This document shows positions 45,792 to 51,835 of a stretch of DNA of 51,835 nt, in pieces (position 1 is the first letter of the stretch; each line of letters begins with the position of its first letter). The position numbers and the translations under genes are program-made. The stretch spans positions 1-51,835 of the forward strand of contig VBHQ01000157.1 of the NCBI GenBank assembly GCA_005880395.1, written 5' to 3'. This DNA is from Chloroflexota bacterium (GTDB taxonomy: Bacteria; Chloroflexota; Dormibacteria; CF-121). Under the pieces are notes generated by a model. That model was given only the letters and a program-made list of their open reading frames with translations. It did no database searches and was not told where the DNA came from.

Positions 45792-46556
45792 CTATTTGTG
45801 CTTGCCGTTACCCTGGCCCTGAGCCGCCTGGCCGTGGCCATTGTTGGAAGCCTTGCCATGGTCCGCGCCCGCCCCCGACCCGATCCCGTTCAGCGATTTG
45901 TGGTTCGCGAGCGTGCTCGTTTGCAGATCGGCGTCCGCCAGGAGTGACGCGACGCCATCTTCGGGAGCGGATACCTGCCGCACCTGCGTCAGGAAATCGG
46001 CCTCGCGCGTCGTGTTGCTGCTGAGGAGCGGGTCGTAGACGTTGTCCGTCCTGGCATCGAGATCGCGGACCGCCGCCGCCTGCTTGGCGCGGTAGTCCTG
46101 CAGGAGGGCACGCACCAGATCGCTGGTCGAGCCGCGGCCTTCGAGGCTCAGCAAACCGTGATTGATGCCGCTGAACAACGAACCGAGCGGCGCCTTGACG
46201 TTCGAGCCGGTGATGGCGTTGTACGTAGTCGAGAGCAGCGGATCGATCACGGCGACCGGCTGCGGCGCCGCGTGCGCGTGCTGCATCAGGATATAGGCGT
46301 TGAGCAGGTCCGCATTCGCCTGGCTGAGCTCGTCGAGGCCGCGCTTGGTCGGATCGCTGGAGATCTTTCGGTTGTGGCCATCCCACCAGCTCTGGATCAC
46401 ATACAGGGGGCTATCCATCGACACGCCCTGGGGCCAGTTCCAGAGGCTGTCGACATTGGGCACGCCGCTGGCGCCGACGGTCAATGGCGCCAGGGCCACC
46501 ATCGAGGCGGCCGCAGGAGCAAGGAGTCGTCGCATGGCACGACGCAGGACACGCAT
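45792..46556 (-). CDS. Secreted hypothetical protein with a Gly/His/Lys-rich tail
   Basis: Start chosen at MRVLRRAMRRLLAPAAASMVALAPLTVGASG (signal-peptide-like). No family recognised. Confidence 0.5.
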   Translation of the reverse strand: MRVLRRAMRRLLAPAAASMVALAPLTVGASGVPNVDSLWNWPQGVSMDSPLYVIQSWWDGHNRKISSDPTKRGLDELSQANADLLNAYILMQHAHAAPQPVAVIDPLLSTTYNAITGSNVKAPLGSLFSGINHGLLSLEGRGSTSDLVRALLQDYRAKQAAAVRDLDARTDNVYDPLLSSNTTREADFLTQVRQVSAPEDGVASLLADADLQTSTLANHKSLNGIGSGAGADHGKASNNGHGQAAQGQGNGKHK

Positions 46557-46664
46557 GGCGGGTACGTCACGATCATCCGGCACCGCGCATGGCGACCGGG
46601 TGAGGGCCCGTCGCAGCATGCTGACGGATCAGAACGGCGGCGTCATTGTCCTTCGGTTGGCTCG

Positions 46665-47867
46665 TTAGCGACGGAGGTTTTCGATCACGATGGCGATCCC
46701 CTGTCCGACGCCGATGCACATGGTCGCAAGCCCGTACCGACCCCCGGTGCGTACGAGCTCGTGCGCGAGCGTGGCGACCAGGCGAGCGCCGCTGGCGCCG
46801 AGGGGATGGCCCAACGCAATCGCGCCCCCGTTGACATTGACCCGCCCGGGGTCGAGCCCCAGGTCGCGAATGCAGGCGATCACCTGCGAGGCGAACGCCT
46901 CGTTGAGCTCGACACGATCCAGGTCGCCGACGCGCAATCCAGCTCGCTTCAGCGCTTTGCGCGATGCCGGGATCGGTCCCAGGCCCATGACCGAGGGATC
47001 GACGCCCGCGGTCGCGGCCGAAACCACGCACGCCAGCGGCTGGGCGTTGATCCGCTGCGCCTGGGACTCCGACATCAGGACCAGGCAGGCGGCGCCGTCG
47101 TTCAGCGAAGACGAATTTCCGGCGGTGACCGTCCCATCGGTTTCGAATGCCGGCTTGAGAGCCCCGAGCTTCTCGAGCGTCGTGTCCGGACGGGGGCCTT
47201 CGTCGGTTTCGACCCGGCCGCCGCGGGGCAGAGGCACGGGAACCAGCTCGTCGCGGAAATGGCACGCTTGTTGCGCCGCCACGGCTTTCCCGTGGCTATC
47301 GAGCGCCCAGCGATCCTGCTCGTCACGGCTGATTTGGTAGCGCCGAGCGACGACCTCGGCCGTCTGCCCCATGCTCAGAGGTGGATACTTCTCGGCCAGC
47401 CGCGGATTGACCATCCGCCAGCCGAGCGTGCTGTCGTGCAGCGTTTGCGCGCCGCGGGCGAACTCATGGCCGGGCTTCTCCAGGATGTACGGCGCGCGGG
47501 TCATGCTTTCGACGCCGCCGGCGAGCAGGCAGTCGGCGTTCCCGGTTTCGATCTCGCGCGTCGCCGAGATGACCGCCTGCATGCCGGATCCGCAGAGCCG
47601 GTTGACGGTCGCCCCGGGGACGTCGACGGGGAGCCCAGCGAGCAAGAGCGCCATGCGCGCGACGTTGCGGTTGTCCTCGCCCGACTGGTTGGCATCGCCG
47701 AAGTACACGTCCTCGATGCTCGCCGGCTCGAGCTTGGCGCGGTTGACCACCTCGGAGATCACGAGCGCGGCGAGATCGTCGGGCCGAAGCTCTTTCAGCG
47801 CGCCACCGTACCGCCCTATCGGCGTGCGCAAGGCATCGACGATGAGGGCCCGCTCCATCGACCTCAT
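46665..47867 (-). CDS. Acetyl-CoA C-acetyltransferase (thiolase)
   Basis: 400 aa: NRLCGSGMQAV, NEAFASQ, GGAIALGHPLGASG, CIGVGQG. Confidence 0.95.
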   Translation of the reverse strand: MRSMERALIVDALRTPIGRYGGALKELRPDDLAALVISEVVNRAKLEPASIEDVYFGDANQSGEDNRNVARMALLLAGLPVDVPGATVNRLCGSGMQAVISATREIETGNADCLLAGGVESMTRAPYILEKPGHEFARGAQTLHDSTLGWRMVNPRLAEKYPPLSMGQTAEVVARRYQISRDEQDRWALDSHGKAVAAQQACHFRDELVPVPLPRGGRVETDEGPRPDTTLEKLGALKPAFETDGTVTAGNSSSLNDGAACLVLMSESQAQRINAQPLACVVSAATAGVDPSVMGLGPIPASRKALKRAGLRVGDLDRVELNEAFASQVIACIRDLGLDPGRVNVNGGAIALGHPLGASGARLVATLAHELVRTGGRYGLATMCIGVGQGIAIVIENLRR

Positions 47868-47890
47868 GCTATTAGAATCGTGCCGAACTC

Positions 47891-49291
47891 GTGAGCGATC
47901 TGGCCCGGCAATATGACGCGGTCAACCTGGTCGCTGATCCGCTGCACGGCTACATCAAGATCACCAAACGCCTGCATGGGTCGAGCGCGGCTGCGGAACA
48001 GGACCTGCTGGACGATCCCTGGCTGCAGCGGCTCCGCCGCATTCATCAGCTGCAATCCGCCTGGTGGGTGTTTCCCGGCGGCGAGCATTCACGATTCCAG
48101 CACGCGCTCGGCGCGATGCATCTGAGCGGCGACTGGGCGCGCCGGCTCTATCCCAACCTGGCGGAGCTCGTGCCCGAGGTGCCGTCGTTGCCATGCGTGG
48201 AAGAGACGCTTCGGGTCGCCGGCCTGCTCCACGACGTCGGCCACGGGCCGTTCGGGCATTTCTTCGACCAGAACTATCTCGATCGCTTTCGCATCGACCA
48301 CGAGGTGATCGGCCGCGCGCTCATCCTCGGCGAGCTCAGCCCGACGATCACCGCGCTCGATGCCAGTCCAAGCGGCCGTTTCGCGCCGGGCGAGCGCGTC
48401 GATCCGCGCTGGGTCGCGGAGCTGATCGCCGAAGCGCCGCTGGCGGCGCCGCCGGTCCCGCTCTGGGTCACCGCGCTCAAGCCAATCCTGAACGGCATGT
48501 ACACAGCGGACAACCTCGACTACGTGCCGCGCGATGCCTACATGTGCGGCGTCAAGATTGGCCCGGTCGATATCGAGCGGCTGTTGCACTACAGCTTCCT
48601 GGCGCCGGAAGGCATGCTGCTCCATCAGCACGGCGCCCAGGCGCTGCTGCTGTTTTTGAACGCCCGGCTTTACCTGTACAACAACATCTACTATCACCGC
48701 ACCGTTCGGCGGATCGACCTGCACATGCGCGAGATCTTCGGCGAGACGATCGAGCGCATCCTCCCCGGAAATCCGCTGGATCACCTGTCCGCCTACCAGG
48801 GGCTCACCGACTGGTCGTTGATCGATACCGTCGACGGCTGGCGGCGCCAGGAAGGACGCCCGGCCGAGCTCGCCCGTGAATGGGGCCGGATCGTGCGGCG
48901 GGAACTCAAGTGGCGGCTGATCTTCGAGGATTACTACGAGTTCTCCAGCCTGGAAGACGCGATCTTCTATCCAGATCCATCGGAGTACGTGCGCCGGATT
49001 CGCGAAGCCCTGCCCGCCGACCTGGCCCAGGCCTCGCTCGAGGTCGACGTCGCCTCGGTCGACCCCCGGCCGCAGAATCCATTCAACGATCCCTTTCCGG
49101 TCAGTATTTTCAATCCGGTCAGCCAGGCGGTCGAGCGCAGCGCCGTCGCCGAGCTGTTTCGCCGGCTGCCGATTCGGACCACGCTGGTCCGCGTTTTCAC
49201 CGACGAGCGCCAGCACCTGGAGGCCCTGCGTGCCGCCGCCGAGCGGGCGCTCTACCGGCCCGACTCGCGATTGGCCGAGGCGCTGCCCTGA
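47891..49291 (+). CDS. HD-domain phosphohydrolase (dNTP triphosphohydrolase/SAMHD1-like)
   Basis: SRFQHALGAMHL ... LLHDVGHGPFGHFF ... DNLDYVPRDAYMCG. Confidence 0.8.
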   Translation: MSDLARQYDAVNLVADPLHGYIKITKRLHGSSAAAEQDLLDDPWLQRLRRIHQLQSAWWVFPGGEHSRFQHALGAMHLSGDWARRLYPNLAELVPEVPSLPCVEETLRVAGLLHDVGHGPFGHFFDQNYLDRFRIDHEVIGRALILGELSPTITALDASPSGRFAPGERVDPRWVAELIAEAPLAAPPVPLWVTALKPILNGMYTADNLDYVPRDAYMCGVKIGPVDIERLLHYSFLAPEGMLLHQHGAQALLLFLNARLYLYNNIYYHRTVRRIDLHMREIFGETIERILPGNPLDHLSAYQGLTDWSLIDTVDGWRRQEGRPAELAREWGRIVRRELKWRLIFEDYYEFSSLEDAIFYPDPSEYVRRIREALPADLAQASLEVDVASVDPRPQNPFNDPFPVSIFNPVSQAVERSAVAELFRRLPIRTTLVRVFTDERQHLEALRAAAERALYRPDSRLAEALP

Positions 49292-50646
49292 TGGCGGTCC
49301 AGCCGCAGCCCGCGATCCGGCCGCTGACCGTCCTCGAGCTCAATACCCGGATCCACGACCTGCTCGCGGCCCGCCTGCAGTACGTCCTGGTCAAGGGCGA
49401 GGTCAGTGGCGTCACGCTGCGCGGCGGTCACGTCTGGTTCACGCTCAAGGATGCGTCCGCCGGCATCAATGCCGTCGTATTCAGTGGCACGGCGCGCCGG
49501 ATGCCGTTCCTCCCCGACAACGGCCAGGAGCTGGTCGTGACCGGTCAGGTCGACTATCACAGGCAGTACGGACGCATCAACCTGGTCGTCAGCAAGCTCG
49601 ACTACGATGGGGCCGGCAAGCTGCGCGCGGCGATCGAGCAGCTCAAGCGCAAGCTCGACGCCGAAGGCGCCTTTGCCGCCGGCCGCAAGCGAGCTCTGCC
49701 ATTCATCCCGCGCTCCATCGCGCTCATCACGTCGCCCAGCGGCGCCGTCATTCACGACCTGCAGCAGACAATCTGGGAAAGGTTTCCCAACATGCAGCTG
49801 GTGCTCTATCCGGCGCTGGTGCAGGGCATGGCATCGCAACGCAGCCTGGTCGCGGCGCTTCGCCAGTGCGACCAGGATCAGCGGGCCGACGTCGTGATCG
49901 TCGCCCGGGGCGGGGGCAGCTTCGAAGAGTTGATGGCCTTCAACCTGGAGGCGGTAGTGCGGGCGATCCAGGCGATGCGCGTCCCGGTAATCACGGCCCT
50001 GGGTCACACCTCGGACCGGACGCTTGCCGACCTGGTAGCCGACCGCGAGGCCCGCACGCCAACGGCGGCGGCCGAGATCGTGGTGCCGAAAAAGGCCGAC
50101 CTGCTTCGCCAGCTCGACGACCGCCGCCAGCGACTGCAGCGCGCCGGGTTGGGGAGCTTGATCGGGCCGCAGCACCAGCTAGAACAGCGGCGGACGACCC
50201 TGACGCGGCTGGCGCAGGACGCCACCCGCCGACGGCGCGAGCGGCTCTCGGCGATCATGGCCATGCTGCAGCAGCGCGAGCCGCGTGAGGTCCTTCGGCA
50301 GCGGGAGCGCTCGCTCGAGGATTGCCGCCGACGGCTGGTTCGTGATCAGGCGTTGGTCCAAACGCGGATCCTTGCCGGGCGTCAGCAGGCTGAGCAGTTG
50401 CGTGAACGTCTGGCCGCGCTGACCCATCGGGGACTGCGAGAGCGAGCCAGCAGCCTGGAAAGCCGATCGGCGCGCTTGACCGCGCTTGGCCCCGAGCAGA
50501 CGCTGCGCCGCGGGTACAGCATCACCCTCGATGGCACCGATGGCGCGATCATCCGCGAGACCTCGCAGACCGAACCCGGAAAGCCGATCACGGTGATGCT
50601 CTCCTCCGGCCGGTTGGCCGCCACCGTCGACGAGGTGATGCCGTGA
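49291..50646 (+). CDS. xseA: Exodeoxyribonuclease VII large subunit
   Basis: In-frame ATG 49291 overlaps the HD gene stop. ITSPSGAVIHDL, ARGGGSFEEL, ALGHTSDRTLADLVADREARTPTAAAE. Confidence 0.9.
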   Translation: MAVQPQPAIRPLTVLELNTRIHDLLAARLQYVLVKGEVSGVTLRGGHVWFTLKDASAGINAVVFSGTARRMPFLPDNGQELVVTGQVDYHRQYGRINLVVSKLDYDGAGKLRAAIEQLKRKLDAEGAFAAGRKRALPFIPRSIALITSPSGAVIHDLQQTIWERFPNMQLVLYPALVQGMASQRSLVAALRQCDQDQRADVVIVARGGGSFEELMAFNLEAVVRAIQAMRVPVITALGHTSDRTLADLVADREARTPTAAAEIVVPKKADLLRQLDDRRQRLQRAGLGSLIGPQHQLEQRRTTLTRLAQDATRRRRERLSAIMAMLQQREPREVLRQRERSLEDCRRRLVRDQALVQTRILAGRQQAEQLRERLAALTHRGLRERASSLESRSARLTALGPEQTLRRGYSITLDGTDGAIIRETSQTEPGKPITVMLSSGRLAATVDEVMP

Positions 50647-50942
50647 GCATCGACGGATCGGTGACCTACGAGCAGGCGCTGATGCAGCTGGATGCGACGT
50701 TACGCTCGCTCGAGGAGGGGAAGCTCAGCCTCGAAGAGGCGATCGCCGCGGTCGCCCGCGGCCGCGAGTATCTCGAGCTCTGTGAGCGGAAGCTCGAAGA
50801 AGCTCGCCATCGAATCGAAAGTCTTCCGGTCCGTGAAGAACCGGCGGCAGACGACGAGCCGCCCCACCCGGCGACGGTGGCGGAGCTGCGCGCCCAGCGG
50901 AGCAACCCACCCGGGACCCCGCAGGGCGAGATCCCCTTTTAG
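50643..50942 (+). CDS. xseB: Exodeoxyribonuclease VII small subunit
   Basis: GTGA overlap with xseA. YEQALMQLDATLRSLEEGKLSLEEAI. Confidence 0.85.
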   Translation: MSIDGSVTYEQALMQLDATLRSLEEGKLSLEEAIAAVARGREYLELCERKLEEARHRIESLPVREEPAADDEPPHPATVAELRAQRSNPPGTPQGEIPF

Positions 50943-51478
50943 CGGTCTGCTTCGGCCTCGGGCTCGGGCGGCTGCGGCTCGATCTCCGGCCGTTCTCCCT
51001 GCGGCGCCTGCCCGCTCCGGAACACGCCCCATTCCTGCAGCGAGCGGCGCAGCATCTCGGGCGTTGTCTTATAGGCGGCGGCCAGCTGCTCGAGGTCGTC
51101 CTGGCGGAAGGTAAGCACCGGCGTGTTGAAGTCCTTGCGCTGCTGCTGGAGCCGGGTTACGTGCCGGCTCAGAATCGAGCCCTGGCGCTCGGGCAATCCC
51201 TGGAGCTGGTTGAGGTCGATCGCCATCTTGGGCGGGAGCGCGGGTTCGCCGGCGCCTTCGAGATCCTCGGGCAGCAGCTGGTTGACCGGGACGCTGTAGA
51301 GGGTCGCGATCTGGTGCAGCCGGGTCACCGAGATATTCCGGTCGCCGCGCTCGTAGGCCGCCAGCAGCGAACCTTTGAGGCGCTTGTTCGACAGCACCTC
51401 AACCTGTTGCAGGGTCAGGCCGCGCTGCTTGCGCAGGCTCCGTAGCCTCGCGCCAACTTTTCTGGAGTATCCGTCCAT
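50939..51478 (-). CDS. XRE-family HTH transcriptional regulator
   Basis: ATG 51476-51478 is preceded by AAGGGGGA. LRSLRKQRGLTLQQVE... The upstream 38 codons of the track ORF have no support. Confidence 0.7.
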   Translation of the reverse strand: MDGYSRKVGARLRSLRKQRGLTLQQVEVLSNKRLKGSLLAAYERGDRNISVTRLHQIATLYSVPVNQLLPEDLEGAGEPALPPKMAIDLNQLQGLPERQGSILSRHVTRLQQQRKDFNTPVLTFRQDDLEQLAAAYKTTPEMLRRSLQEWGVFRSGQAPQGERPEIEPQPPEPEAEADR

Positions 51479-51647
51479 CAATCCCCCTTGACTGTGTGTG
51501 ACCAGTCTAGCGCAGAATGCGATCTTCACCAGCGACTTCGTTGTCCGAAAATCGGAGGGTGGCGGGGGGATCGTTGTTGCCAACGACACCACCTTCCGTG
51601 GCCGTCATTATGGCGTCATCCAATCGCGTCTGTCAAGTAGGGCTTAC

Positions 51648-51835
51648 TTAGATAAACGCTTGGCTTGACGGGTGAGCGGTGCCGGTGCCACGTCCAGCCT
51701 CGTAGGCCTGCCGAAAGCGCAGCGCGGCCGATGCGGTATCGCCCTCCCGTTCCAACGCTCGGGCGAAATCGTAGGTGATCCGCGCACGGAGATCGGGGTT
51801 TTCCAATGTAGCGGCGATCTCGAGTGCACGTTCGA
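51648..51835 (-). CDS. 3' end of a TPR-like protein whose 5' part lies beyond the window
   Basis: My translation reads ERALEIAATLENPDLRARITYDFARALEREGDTASAALRFRQAYEAG...QAFI-TAA. The listed 61-aa ORF in another frame is Arg/Pro-rich junk. Confidence 0.35.
   Translation of the reverse strand, partial: ERALEIAATLENPDLRARITYDFARALEREGDTASAALRFRQAYEAGRGTGTAHPSSQAFI

Noticed and set aside
51644-51829. 61-aa minus-strand ORF from the track
   Set aside because: It is Arg/Pro-rich. A neighbouring frame gives a helical TPR-like C-terminus ending at TAA 51648-51650.

Overview
This is a GC-rich, gene-dense bacterial chromosomal segment with strong GC3 bias, so most long antisense ORFs in the track are shadows. 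It is mostly housekeeping and respiratory genes. I found no rRNA, tRNA, CRISPR array, transposase, integrase, reverse transcriptase or recognisable defence gene. Gene order: ligD (in-frame TAG); M20 amidohydrolase; CBS protein, CBS-GltD/NfnB-like-ferredoxin oxidoreductase and ccsA; MFS; tldD-pmbA; MFS; hypothetical plus PHP phosphoesterase; DUF3048 lipoprotein, coxG, mocA-like and GNAT; XRE-TPR regulator plus receiver-HD-GYP; a stand-alone 28-codon gene; FmdB-eno-UPF0182; phasin-like; class A PBP; pncB and pncA-like; fabH-accD-accA; hsp20; yjbQ; GH15. Next comes a ~9 kb respiratory supercluster: Rieske, cyt b, subunit IV, triheme cyt c, small TM proteins, CoxB-cupredoxin, one CtaD-CtaA-CtaB ORF, a CtaF-like protein and a lipoprotein cupredoxin. 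The window ends with DUF3465, birA and EamA; hypotheticals; thiolase; HD hydrolase-xseA-xseB; an XRE regulator; and a partial TPR-like gene. Main hunt results: (1) Conserved genes lose a block of sequence, or adjoining gene ends, at six abrupt junctions (15.8, 20.9, 25.7, 29.4, 40.7, 43.8 kb), and ligD carries an in-frame TAG. This pattern looks more technical than biological and needs read-level checking. (2) The respiratory cluster has a copper-based electron-transfer layout and a triple-fused oxidase/heme-a biosynthesis ORF. (3) Two short nucleotide-level repeat families are present: a 35-nt C/G-rich hairpin element read in different frames, and a 15-bp palindrome with a compensatory arm change. 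(4) There are several unannotated small ORFs, including a self-contained promoter-SD-ORF-terminator unit. (5) TATAAT-like boxes sit 6-9 nt upstream of several start codons, suggesting leaderless mRNAs. I could not identify a clearly novel multi-gene system beyond these. All family assignments are from motif recognition by eye, not searches.
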